Below are positions 30,575 through 39,915 of a DNA stretch of 64,000 nucleotides, piece by piece. A model generated the notes under the pieces. The model was not told the DNA's origin. It worked only from the letters and a program-made list of their open reading frames with translations, and ran no database searches. The first letter of the stretch is position 1; every line of letters starts with the position of its first letter. The stretch lies in NCBI GenBank assembly GCA_947625895.1, contig CANQPZ010000001.1, positions 15,930-79,929 on the forward strand, in the 5' to 3' direction. This stretch comes from an uncultured Clostridia bacterium. GTDB taxonomy: Bacteria > Bacillota > Clostridia > TANB77 > CAG-508. The position numbers were made by a program, and so were the translations under genes.

Positions 30575-30647
30575 AAATATTCTTGATTATATTTTTGGTT
30601 GGTATTATATTATAAACATAGAATATAATTTCAAAAAGGAATGGTGC

Positions 30648-31517
30648 ATGATGAAAGAACAAAAATTAATTTTAAAGAATGTTGATTGTTTTGAACTTGA
30701 TCATATTTTTGATTGTGGTCAATGTTTTAGATGGAATAAACAAGAAGATGGTTCATATATTGGGGTAATTAGTAGCGGTGTTTTAAGAGTTTCTAAAAAT
30801 AAGAAGGATGTTATTTTTGAAGGAATTCTTGAAGGTGATATTAATTCCATAGTTTATGATTATTTTGATTTAGGAACAGATTATAATAAATTCAAAAAAG
30901 TTTTATCACAGATAGATAATAACATGAAGAAAAGTGTTGAATTTGGTTCTGGAATTAGAATATTAAATCAAAATTTATGGGAAATGATAATTTCTTTTAT
31001 TATTTCTGCAAACAATAATATTCCAAGAATAAAGGGGATTATAGAAAGAATTTCTAAAAAGGTTGGAAAAAAAGTACAATGGAATGGAGTGGAGTATTAT
31101 TTATTTCCAACTGTTGAGGAACTTTCAAATTTGACTGTATCAGACTTAAGATCTCTTGGTACTGGATTTAGGGATAAAAGAATTTATAAAACTACAGAAA
31201 TGATTCTTAAAAAGGAAATTGATTTAGAAAAGCTGGAAATGTCAAACAATACTGAGGAGATTAGAGATGAATTATTAAAATTAGATGGAGTAGGAGAGAA
31301 AGTTGCTGATTGTATAATGCTTTTTGCTCTTAAGAGGTTTGATGCTTTTCCAATTGATGTTTGGGTTCGAAGGGTTATGAATACTTTGTATATACATAAT
31401 GAGGATGAAACAAAGGTTAGTAAAAAGGATATTAAAGAAACTGCAAATAATTTATTTGGAGATATTCAAGGAATTGCTCAACAGTACTTATTTTATTGGG
31501 CAAGAAGTAATTTTTAA
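30648..31517 (+). CDS. ogg: 8-oxoguanine DNA glycosylase / AP lyase (Ogg, HhH-GPD family)
   Basis: N-terminal FDCGQCFRWN motif and the HhH-GPD region LLKLDGVGEKVADCIMLFAL...FPIDVWVRRV. The start at 30648 is preferred; the ORF-track start at 30522 overlaps the YitT gene. Confidence 0.65.
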   Translation: MMKEQKLILKNVDCFELDHIFDCGQCFRWNKQEDGSYIGVISSGVLRVSKNKKDVIFEGILEGDINSIVYDYFDLGTDYNKFKKVLSQIDNNMKKSVEFGSGIRILNQNLWEMIISFIISANNNIPRIKGIIERISKKVGKKVQWNGVEYYLFPTVEELSNLTVSDLRSLGTGFRDKRIYKTTEMILKKEIDLEKLEMSNNTEEIRDELLKLDGVGEKVADCIMLFALKRFDAFPIDVWVRRVMNTLYIHNEDETKVSKKDIKETANNLFGDIQGIAQQYLFYWARSNF

Positions 31518-31560
31518 TTCTAAATTCTAAATTTTAAAGTTTTAAGTTTGTTAATAAAAA

Positions 31561-31995
31561 AGTAAGAATGTTTTTGTCTTCCTTGCTGTCGCAGCTTACA
31601 GATTATAAAAGACTAGTTTGTAAGCTGCTTCAATCGCACTTCGCTACGCTACGTTTGGTCGCTGCGCGTCAGAAAAAAACATTCTTATTTTTTTATTATA
31701 AAAATAAGTGTAGAAAATATTTTTATCTTCCTTGCTGTTGCAACTTTCAGATTATAAGAAAACTACTCTGTAAGCTACTTCAATCGCACTTCGCTACGCT
31801 ACGTTTGGTCGCTGCGCGTCAGAAAAAAATTATTTTTACTTTTTTTCTTATATTCATATATAGAAAATAAAACTTTTTTATTTTTATTGTTATAACAGTT
31901 TCTAGATTATAAAAAACTAGTATGTAACTTGTTTCAATTGAACTTCACTCTGCGTTGCTTAGCCGTTGTACATCATAAAAAATTATTTTAAAGGT
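31561..31995. repeat. Three tandem roughly 150-bp intergenic repeats (R1 about 31561-31710, R2 about 31711-31860, R3 about 31861-31995, the last degenerate), each with an internal hairpin and a GC-rich core CGCACTTCGCTACGCTACGTTTGGTCGCTGCGCGTCAG
   Basis: R1 and R2 share a core of about 100 nt at around 85% identity, including the 38-nt GC-rich block in a genome of about 28% GC. R3 retains the AGATTATAAAA hairpin region. The overlapping ORF 31568-31870 is an artefact of the repeat. Confidence 0.6.
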
Positions 31996-32132
31996 TATTA
32001 AGAACAAAATGTAGTAATAAATAAAGAAATTTTTACTTTTTTATTAACTAGTACGAAGAATTAAAAATAATTGAGAAAATATTTTAATTAAATCTATTTT
32101 TTATGGGAATGATAAAAAATAGAGGTGAGATA

Positions 32133-33632
32133 ATGAGTTCAATTTGGGTAAATTCTCTTGAATATAAAAATTCTTTTGATAGGTTAGCAAGGGATATTGA
32201 GACTGATGTTTGTATTATTGGTGCAGGAATATTTGGATTAACCACTGCTTACTATTTGAGTAAACTTGGTTATAAAGTCACTGTTATTGAGAGAGGAAAA
32301 GTTTCAAGGAAAACTACTGCGAAAACAACAGCTAAAATTACTAGTCAACATGGACTTATTTATAAATACTTGATAGATTCCCAAGGAAAGGAATTGGCTA
32401 AACAGTATCTTAATGCAAATGAGAAGGCTATAAAAAATATAAAAGAGATAATTGATAATGAAAAAATTGATTGTGATTTTGAATTCCAAAATAGTTATGT
32501 GTATACGACAGATAGTAAGGAAATAGGAAAGATACGATTAGAAAATGAATCGGTTAATTCTCTTGGTTTTCAGAGTGAATTTGTTACTAATACTGAATTA
32601 CCTTTTGAAATTTTTGGAGCAATTAAATTTCCAAATCAAGCACAGTTTAATCCGTTGAAATATGTAGATGGACTTGTGAAAAGTATATTAAATAATTCTG
32701 GAAAAATATACACGGACACTATTGTGTATGATGTAGATGAGAAAGATGGTGGATTGGTTACTTATACCAAAAATAATAAGGTAAAATCTAAATATGTTGT
32801 AATTGCATCACATTATCCATTTGTAAATAAACTTGGTTATTATTTTTTGAAAATGTATCAGTCTACTTCATATGTAATTGCTGTAGATATCGGTGATGAT
32901 TGTTTTGATGGAATGTATATAAATACAACAGATCCGATTTTTTCGTATAGATTTGCAAATTTTAATGGAAAAAGGATCTTGTTAGTTGGTGGTGCAGATC
33001 ATAAGACTGGTGCTAATATCGATCTTACAAATGCTTATCAAATATTGGAAAGTGAGGTTAAAAAGTATTATTCAAAGGCAAAGGTTCTTTATAGGTGGAA
33101 TACTGAAGATTGCATTACTTTAGATAAAATCCCTTATATTGGGGAATTTTCAAATTTTATGAATAATGTTTTTGTTGGAACTGGTTTTAATAAATGGGGA
33201 ATGACTTCATCTAATGTTGCTGCCAATATAATTAAGGATAAGATACTTGGCGTTGAAAACAAGTATGAAGATGTATTTAAATCAACGAGGCTTCATCCAA
33301 TAAAAAATAGTACAGAATTTGGAAATATGATTAAAGAGTCTACAAATTCTCTTATTTTGAATAAATTTAAAATTCCAGAAGAAGATGTTATAAAAATTAA
33401 AAAGGGAGAGGGAAAGGTTTTAGAGTATGATAATTACAAGTTTGGAGTTTATAAAGATGAATCTGGGAAAGTGCATGTCGTAAAACCTATTTGTACTCAT
33501 TTAGGTTGTTTATTAAATTGGAATAATCTTGATAAAACATGGGATTGCCCGTGCCATGGTTCAAGATTTGACTATACAGGAAAAAATCTTTATGATCCTG
33601 CAATAAAAGATCTAGAAAATTATACGTTTTAA
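32133..33632 (+). CDS. FAD-dependent oxidoreductase (DAO family) fused to a C-terminal Rieske [2Fe-2S] domain (YhfW-like)
   Basis: N-terminal dinucleotide-binding motif DVCIIGAGIFGLTTAYYL. C-terminal Rieske motifs CTHLGCLLNW and CPCHGSRFD. The start at 32133 after AGAGGTGAG is preferred. Confidence 0.7.
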   Translation: MSSIWVNSLEYKNSFDRLARDIETDVCIIGAGIFGLTTAYYLSKLGYKVTVIERGKVSRKTTAKTTAKITSQHGLIYKYLIDSQGKELAKQYLNANEKAIKNIKEIIDNEKIDCDFEFQNSYVYTTDSKEIGKIRLENESVNSLGFQSEFVTNTELPFEIFGAIKFPNQAQFNPLKYVDGLVKSILNNSGKIYTDTIVYDVDEKDGGLVTYTKNNKVKSKYVVIASHYPFVNKLGYYFLKMYQSTSYVIAVDIGDDCFDGMYINTTDPIFSYRFANFNGKRILLVGGADHKTGANIDLTNAYQILESEVKKYYSKAKVLYRWNTEDCITLDKIPYIGEFSNFMNNVFVGTGFNKWGMTSSNVAANIIKDKILGVENKYEDVFKSTRLHPIKNSTEFGNMIKESTNSLILNKFKIPEEDVIKIKKGEGKVLEYDNYKFGVYKDESGKVHVVKPICTHLGCLLNWNNLDKTWDCPCHGSRFDYTGKNLYDPAIKDLENYTF

Positions 33633-33653
33633 ATTAGTATATTGAGTATATAA

Positions 33654-33700
33654 AAAGATATGCTTTAGTCATATTAAGAGACTATAAGCATATCTTTTAT
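33654..33700 (+). terminator. Terminator hairpin after the Rieske-FAD oxidoreductase gene
   Basis: AAAGATATGCTT...AAGCATATCTTT 12-bp stem followed by TAT/T-rich sequence. Confidence 0.45.
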
Positions 33701-33760
33701 TATCTAATAGGAAAGTGCTGCGCATTTCCTATTAGATAAAGGCTTCGCCACAAATCCACA
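33701..33760. repeat. Copy 3 of the dispersed hairpin element (TATCTAATAGGAAA-N10-TTTCCTATTAGATA + tail AAAGGCTTCGCCACAAAT)
   Basis: 14-bp perfect inverted repeat with the same TAGGAAA/TTTCCTA core and AAAGGCTTCG tail as copy 2, again directly after a terminator hairpin. Confidence 0.55.
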
Positions 33761-33871
33761 CAAAATTTCTAAAGAAATTTTGGCGGACGAACAATTAACG
33801 CGGACTTTGCAATGAAATTAAATAGTATGATATATAAAAATGTCCGCTATTGTTCTATCAATTTATAAAAT

Positions 33872-35371
33872 TTAATTTATTGGTTTTTTCTCTCCTGACG
33901 CAATCATTTCATCTATTAATTGAGCAATTACTTTTCTTTCGTCATATGGGTATTTAACATGATTTCTTTCAAGATATAAATCGTGTCCAAGTCCTGGAAT
34001 TACAATTATATCATCAGGTGTTGCAACTTCAATTGCATGTCTGATTCCTTCTGTTCTATCAACAATAATTGTATAATCTCCACCAGATTTTTTTACACCA
34101 ACTTCAATGTCTTGTAAAATTTTTAATGGATCTTCTGTACGAACTTGGTCTGACATTAATATTGTATAATCTGCAAGTCTACCAGAAATTTCTCCCATGA
34201 TAGGACGTTTTTTACTATCTCTGTCTCCACCAACACCCCAAGCGCAAATTAATCTTCCTTTACAGTATGATCTTACAGATTCTAATATACTTTGCAAGCT
34301 AGATGGTGTATGTGCGTAGTCAATTAAAATTGTTAATCCTAATTTATTAGGAACCAATTCATTTCTTCCAAGAACTCTCAAGTCTTTTAGTGCTGTTCTC
34401 ATTTCATCTGGAGTAACACCAAATTCATGTGCTACACTTATAGCTCCTAATGAATTATATACACTAAATTTTCCTGGAATAGGAACTTCAAATTTTTCAT
34501 CTTTTCCATCAATTCTAACAGAGAAATCAATAACTGATGGTGTAATTTTTAATGTATCTTTTTCAGCTACAATATCAGCTGGATTTTCTAGTCCAAATGT
34601 TTTAAATTTACATGTTTTATTTCTATCTTTTATTGTCATAACTGTTTTATCATCTGCATTTATAAATCCTATTGAACACATATCAAATAGTTTGCATTTG
34701 CAGTCAAAATATTCTTCCATGTTTGCATGTTCATTTTTGCTAATGTGATCTTCTGTTAAATTTGTAAAAACACCTACATCAAAATCACAGCCAGTTACTC
34801 TATCAAGTTTTAGAGCTTGAGAAGAGACTTCAATTATAGCAACATCAACATGTTCATCTGCCATTTTTGCAAAATGCTTTTGAATTTCGACACTTTCTGG
34901 AGTTGTTCTATCAGTATCTTCGATTTTTTCATCTCCGATATATACTGCAATACTACCAATTAATCCAACTTTTAATCCATGAGCTTCTAAAAGTGATTTA
35001 ATCATAAAAGTTGTTGTTGTTTTTCCCTTTGTTCCTGTAACACCAATTAATTTAAATTTTTTTGATGGGTTATCATATAAATTACAACTTGTAATAGCTA
35101 AAGCTCTTCTTGTATTTCCAGCTTTAACATATGTAAGGGAGTTAGGTAAACTTGATATATCGACATCGTCTTCTACAATAGCAGCTACTGCGCCATTTTT
35201 GATGGCTGAATCTATATATTCAAGACCATTTTGAGAGTAACCATTTATTGCAACAAATAATCCGCCTTCCTTAATTTTTCTTGAGTCTGAATGTATATTT
35301 GTTATATCTAAATTTAGATTATTAACACTTTCTTTAATTTCAAGACCATTTAATATTTCATTTAATTTCAT
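33872..35371 (-). CDS. murE: UDP-N-acetylmuramoyl-L-alanyl-D-glutamate--2,6-diaminopimelate ligase MurE
   Basis: Mur ligase motifs (IGVTGTKGKTTTTFMI..., DYAHTP, the C-terminal domain) and the MurE-type DNPR-like region. True start MKLNEILNGLE at 35371 is preceded by GGGGGG (RBS). The ORF-track N-terminal extension is spurious. Confidence 0.85.
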   Translation of the reverse strand: MKLNEILNGLEIKESVNNLNLDITNIHSDSRKIKEGGLFVAINGYSQNGLEYIDSAIKNGAVAAIVEDDVDISSLPNSLTYVKAGNTRRALAITSCNLYDNPSKKFKLIGVTGTKGKTTTTFMIKSLLEAHGLKVGLIGSIAVYIGDEKIEDTDRTTPESVEIQKHFAKMADEHVDVAIIEVSSQALKLDRVTGCDFDVGVFTNLTEDHISKNEHANMEEYFDCKCKLFDMCSIGFINADDKTVMTIKDRNKTCKFKTFGLENPADIVAEKDTLKITPSVIDFSVRIDGKDEKFEVPIPGKFSVYNSLGAISVAHEFGVTPDEMRTALKDLRVLGRNELVPNKLGLTILIDYAHTPSSLQSILESVRSYCKGRLICAWGVGGDRDSKKRPIMGEISGRLADYTILMSDQVRTEDPLKILQDIEVGVKKSGGDYTIIVDRTEGIRHAIEVATPDDIIVIPGLGHDLYLERNHVKYPYDERKVIAQLIDEMIASGEKKPIN

Positions 35372-35725
35372 AGATAATCCCCCCTTTACAAAGATTACTA
35401 TGCGCTTATTATATACCCTACTAAATTTTTTGTACATTATTTTTTGCATAATTCTACAAAAAATGGTATAATCTATGAAATGTTTTAGTCGAATAATGAC
35501 AGTGAATAGAGAATATTTTTTTAGTAAATTTGCGCAAGGTTTATTTAAAACCTTGTGCAAATATTTAATGTTTAAAAGTCCAATAATATTTACTATATAA
35601 TTATAAAAACGTAAATTTAAGAAAAATGAAGAAAAAACGGGAAAAATGTAAAAAGTTAATTAGAAATCATTATTTAAATATAATAGTTAGGACTTCTAAT
35701 ATGATGAGTTAAGTTTTTTTCAAAA

Positions 35726-35754
35726 TTGACTTTATTTTCTATATCAGTTATAAT
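35726..35754 (+). promoter_or_regulatory. Consensus sigma-A promoter (TTGACT-17-TATAAT) driving the 35806 gene and the glycosyltransferase cluster
   Basis: Perfect -35 and -10 hexamers with a 17-nt spacer. Confidence 0.5.
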
Positions 35755-35805
35755 TATAATTGTGGGAATTGGACTACTTGGGTACGACAAAAAATAGGAG
35801 GAATT

Positions 35806-37056
35806 ATGAAAAGAGAACTTAACATAGGCATCGGGTTTGTTACAGGAAGGTCAAATGTATGTAGCCTTATAAACAGCTATTACAAGTATATTAAAGAACA
35901 AATGAAAATTTTTGATAGAAAGGTAAATATTGTATTTTACATTTTATTTGATTTAAAATACCAGGGAACAGATAGAGAAGAATTCTATCAATTAAAGCCA
36001 GAAGTCTTTGAAGAAGAAGGAATCACTGTAAAATATATTACTCCAGAAGATATTGAACAAAGAAAAGAGAAAATAAAAGATTATTATAAATTAAGTATAG
36101 AAGAACTTGATTTGATATTTGGTAACGGACATGCTAGAGGAAGAAATACTGTTATGTATTATGCATATCAAGATAAAATGGATTATTTACTTTTTTGGGA
36201 TGATGATGAATATCCTGTCGCATGTGTAAAAAATGAAGATGAAACAATCACTTGGAAAATACAAGCTAATGTTTCAAAACATATAGAATATATGGAAAAG
36301 GAAAAAGCAGATATCACTATTGGATATCATTGTGGATATATTTCACCTATACCATATATGAGCTATGAGACTGAAGAGGAAGAAAAAGTAATTACTGACT
36401 TTATTGAGTCAATTAGTAATGAAATTGTTTCTTGGAAGTCAATTAAAGAAAAGTTTGAAAAAAATAATGGTGTCACATATGCAGACGATAAAATCTCAGA
36501 TGGAGAAGGTGCATACGAACAACAGAAAGAAAACGGAAGAAAGTTTGTTGCTGGTTCAACATTATGTATAAATTTAAACCATATAAGAAAAATACCTGCC
36601 TTTTATAATCCACCAGAAGCTAGAGGAGAAGATACTTTCTTTTCTATGGGAATTGGAGATTTAAAAGTTATAAAAGTGCCAGTATATCATTTTCATGATG
36701 GATTTTTAAAATGCAGAGAAATAATGGAGAATAGTTTCCCAACAAAATTAAAACTTATAAAATCATCAGACAAAACTGTTGAAAAAAGATTTTATAAAGC
36801 TTGTTTAGGTTGGATAAAGTATAAACCATTATTAATGTATCTAATGGATTCAGAACATTATAAAGAACAAATGGAAGTTACTCATAGAAAATTAAAAAGA
36901 AGTATAAAGAAAATAGACTCTTTATATGAAAAATATAATTTTACTAATTTATTAGATGCACTAGAAAAATATGATCAAGATGTTGAAAAACATTACCAAG
37001 AATTTCTTGATACAAACAGAGTATGGAAGAAACTAAAAAAGAAATTTGAAGAATAG
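35806..37056 (+). CDS. Hypothetical protein, possibly a nucleotide-sugar transferase-like enzyme (first gene of the glycosyltransferase island)
   Basis: 416 aa, no TM segment. A DDDEYP acidic motif is reminiscent of DxD glycosyltransferases. Overlaps the next GT2 gene by 11 nt (operon). Confidence 0.35.
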   Translation: MKRELNIGIGFVTGRSNVCSLINSYYKYIKEQMKIFDRKVNIVFYILFDLKYQGTDREEFYQLKPEVFEEEGITVKYITPEDIEQRKEKIKDYYKLSIEELDLIFGNGHARGRNTVMYYAYQDKMDYLLFWDDDEYPVACVKNEDETITWKIQANVSKHIEYMEKEKADITIGYHCGYISPIPYMSYETEEEEKVITDFIESISNEIVSWKSIKEKFEKNNGVTYADDKISDGEGAYEQQKENGRKFVAGSTLCINLNHIRKIPAFYNPPEARGEDTFFSMGIGDLKVIKVPVYHFHDGFLKCREIMENSFPTKLKLIKSSDKTVEKRFYKACLGWIKYKPLLMYLMDSEHYKEQMEVTHRKLKRSIKKIDSLYEKYNFTNLLDALEKYDQDVEKHYQEFLDTNRVWKKLKKKFEE

Positions 37057-38031
37057 GAAAATAATTATGAATGAAAAAAAAATTAGTGTTATTATTCCAA
37101 TGTACAATTCAGAAAAATATATAGCTAAGTGTTTAGATAGCATTATTTCACAAAACTATGAAAATTTAGAGATTATTGTTGTCAATGATGGTTCAAAAGA
37201 TTCTTCAAAAGAAATATGTGAAGAATATGTGAAAAAAGATAGTAGAATAAGATTAATTAATACAGAAAATAGAGGAGCTGGAAGTGCAAGAAATACTGGA
37301 CTTGATGCTTCTACTGGCGAGATTATTGGTTTTATTGATAGTGATGATTACATTTGCAATGATTTCTATGAAAGACTTTATAATATGCTAGAAACTACAG
37401 GTGCAGATATTGCAATAGGGAGATTTGAAAGAGTATCAGAACAAGATGAAATTAATTTTCAAAATAGTGGAGAAATAAAGGAACATACCAATTTAGAACA
37501 GCTAATGGATTTATATGGAGAAAATTTAGATGATTATATAATAGTGTATTAGTAATGAATAAGTTATTTAGACGTAAGCTTTTTGACAATAATACTAAAT
37601 TTCCAATTCACAGATTAATTGATGATGAATTTATTATTTATAAATTAATAGATAAAAGTAATAAAATTGTTTATACAGATGATATTATGTATGCATATGT
37701 TCAAAGTAATTCAAGTATTATGAGGAGTAATTTTAAAGCACAAAAAGTATATGATACAATTGATGTATATGATGAAGTATATAACTATTTTAAAGGAAAA
37801 TACACACCTGAACTTGACAACAAAATATTAATTAGATATTTAAGTTATTGCGTTGAATTGGCACAAAAAACAAAAAAATCGAATGTTATTGATGATAAAA
37901 GTATATTATTTAAATATTTAAAAGAAAAATTTGAGGCAAAATTGGAAGAAGCAAAAGAAAAAATAGAAAAAAATAAATATGAAAAATTTTGTAATGACTT
38001 TTATGAAGTAATTGATAATGTTGAAATATAA
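37046..38031 (+). pseudogene. Family-2 glycosyltransferase split by a frameshift (GT2 catalytic N-half 37046-37552, C-half 37555-38031 in another frame)
   Basis: ISVIIPMYNSEKYI...VVNDGSKDSS...IGFIDSDDY is a canonical GT2 N-domain. The downstream ORF starts NKLFRRKLF..., the conserved continuation of the same domain. The frames differ by 1 nt and the shift maps to about 37534-37552. Confidence 0.5.
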
Positions 38032-38118
38032 TAATTAAAATAAAAAAATAGAGATTTTAATCTCTATTTTTTATTTTAAAGAATTGAGTATATTGAAGTT
38101 CATTGATTCAGATAATTC

Positions 38119-39219
38119 TTATTGTAACTTATTAAATACTTTTTTTAAGATATCTATATCAGTATTACTTATATTATTTTCTATTACAAATTTAATTTTA
38201 GGATTAATGTGTGGAATTGGACGTTTCATTATTATTTTTTCTTGGCGCAAAATATAAAAGTATTTTTTAAATAATTTTTTATATTTATAAGAGTTTGCAA
38301 GATCTGGAAACTTCGTCTGCAAAAATTTATATATACTATTAAATTTTAAATCAATATTACTTTTTTGTTCTTCTTTGTCTACAATATCTAAATGAAGATT
38401 AAGAAATTTATTTCTAATAAAGGATAATGTATTTATAAAATTTATTAGAATATTTTTTAAATTATTTATATTATTTTCTTTTTTAGCTGTAATTAAAAGA
38501 TTTTGAAGAAACTCGATGTCTTCAAGGTCTGAATAACTAAAACATTTTTCTTCATAAAATGCATCAATAAGAGTATTCATAATTAATATTTGATTACTCA
38601 AAATAACTTTATTTGCTCGCTTTACAATATCTGTAATACTAAATTTGTCAAAGTGAAATTTATCAATAGGAAAAGTGAAATCTTTTAAAATATCTTTTTT
38701 TATTAATTTATTCCATAGTGAGTAGGTTCTTAAAAAAGTATGTTTTTTATATGTTGTCAATTTTCTTAAATATTCATCTGGAGTTTTTATATAAAGCTTT
38801 TCTTTTGGTGCTTCAGGTAATCTGAAATTTTGAAGAATAAAAGTCCCTTCACTTATATTAAAAAAATCGCAACTTACAATATCTGCAGAATTTTCTTCGG
38901 AGATATTTACCATATATTCCAACAAATTGTAACTCATCAAGTTTCCGCATTTATAAAATATAACATATTTACCTTTTGCTTTTTCTATACCTAAGTTTTG
39001 AGCTGCTGAAAATCCTTCAGCATATGTTTTAAAAAGTCTTATATTGGAATGTTTTTTCTTGAATCGTTTTATTATTGATTCGGTGGAATCTACTGAATAA
39101 TCATCTACAATTATAATTTCAATATTTTTATATGTTTGTTTTAATATATTATTTAAAGTTTTTGCTATAACTTCTTGTGAATTAAATACTGGCATTATTA
39201 TACTGACTAATGGTTGCAT
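38119..39219 (-). CDS. Family-2 glycosyltransferase
   Basis: VSIIMPVFNSQEVIAKTL...IIIVDDYSVDST...; GT2 DXD-containing N-domain. 366 aa. Confidence 0.7.
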   Translation of the reverse strand: MQPLVSIIMPVFNSQEVIAKTLNNILKQTYKNIEIIIVDDYSVDSTESIIKRFKKKHSNIRLFKTYAEGFSAAQNLGIEKAKGKYVIFYKCGNLMSYNLLEYMVNISEENSADIVSCDFFNISEGTFILQNFRLPEAPKEKLYIKTPDEYLRKLTTYKKHTFLRTYSLWNKLIKKDILKDFTFPIDKFHFDKFSITDIVKRANKVILSNQILIMNTLIDAFYEEKCFSYSDLEDIEFLQNLLITAKKENNINNLKNILINFINTLSFIRNKFLNLHLDIVDKEEQKSNIDLKFNSIYKFLQTKFPDLANSYKYKKLFKKYFYILRQEKIIMKRPIPHINPKIKFVIENNISNTDIDILKKVFNKLQ

Positions 39220-39285
39220 TTTTATTTCCTCCCATAAAATTATATATTTTTAAAACGTAAAAATAAATACTATAAGCTGAAATAC

Positions 39286-39314
39286 TTGTTAAATTCTGGA
39301 TTTTGTAGTAAAAT
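39286..39314 (+). promoter_or_regulatory. Candidate promoter for pth (TTGTTA-17-TAAAAT)
   Basis: Hexamers with 17-nt spacing about 35 nt upstream of the pth RBS. Confidence 0.35.
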
Positions 39315-39349
39315 AAACTAGTAATTTTGCCACGAAGGAGAAAGAAAAA

Positions 39350-39904
39350 ATGTATTTAATCGTTGGCTTAGGTAATCCAGAGAAGGATTATTCTAAAACT
39401 CGTCATAATATGGGGTTTAACGTAGTTAATAAATTATCTGAAAAATATAATATACCAGTCAATATTAAAAAATTTAATAGTTTATATGGAACAGGTATCT
39501 TGAATAATGAAAAAATTATTCTAGTAAAACCACAAACTTATATGAACTTAAGTGGTGAAGCTGTAAGAGATTTTGTGAATTATTATAAAATTGAATTGGA
39601 TAAATTATTAGTGATTTATGATGATATAGACTTAGAACCGGGAGTAATTCGCATAAGAAAATCTGGAGGACCTGGAACTCATAATGGAATGAAATCAGTT
39701 GTTGAATGTCTAAATGATGAGAACTTTGCTAGAATTAGAGTGGGAATAGGAAAACCAAATAATGAGAATTTAATAGAGTATGTTATTGGTGCTATTGACG
39801 AAGAAGATATAGAAAAATTAAGCATTGGAGTTACTACTGCAGCTGATGCAGTAGATGAAATACTTAATAATAATATTGATATAGCAATGAATAAATATAA
39901 TTAG
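39350..39904 (+). CDS. pth: Peptidyl-tRNA hydrolase
   Basis: MYLIVGLGNPEKDYSKTRHNMGF...; conserved Pth N-terminus and catalytic His. 184 aa. Confidence 0.85.
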   Translation: MYLIVGLGNPEKDYSKTRHNMGFNVVNKLSEKYNIPVNIKKFNSLYGTGILNNEKIILVKPQTYMNLSGEAVRDFVNYYKIELDKLLVIYDDIDLEPGVIRIRKSGGPGTHNGMKSVVECLNDENFARIRVGIGKPNNENLIEYVIGAIDEEDIEKLSIGVTTAADAVDEILNNNIDIAMNKYN

Positions 39905-39915
39905 GAATAGGAAAG

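Noticed and set aside
30522-30647. N-terminal extension of the ogg ORF overlapping the YitT gene
   Set aside because: A start at 30648-30653 (MMKEQ) follows a plausible RBS and avoids the 50-nt overlap. The extension is an artefact of the longest-ORF call. The same reasoning was applied to the murE (35372-35560), miaA (50680-50757) and acpP (27389-27406) extensions.
31568-31870. 100-aa ORF on the + strand predicted across the intergenic tandem repeats
   Set aside because: Its sequence repeats internally only because it spans the DNA repeat (CKLLQSHFATLRLVAARQKK twice). It has no RBS and odd composition. Artefact of the repeat.
31561-31995. Possible CRISPR array
   Set aside because: The repeat unit is about 150 bp with no unique spacers of 25-40 bp, and there are no cas genes in the window. 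Not CRISPR.
35806-39219. The glycosyltransferase island as a horizontally acquired mobile element
   Set aside because: No integrase, transposase, direct repeats or tRNA target nearby, and composition is similar to the flanking DNA. It is treated as accessory but not demonstrably mobile.
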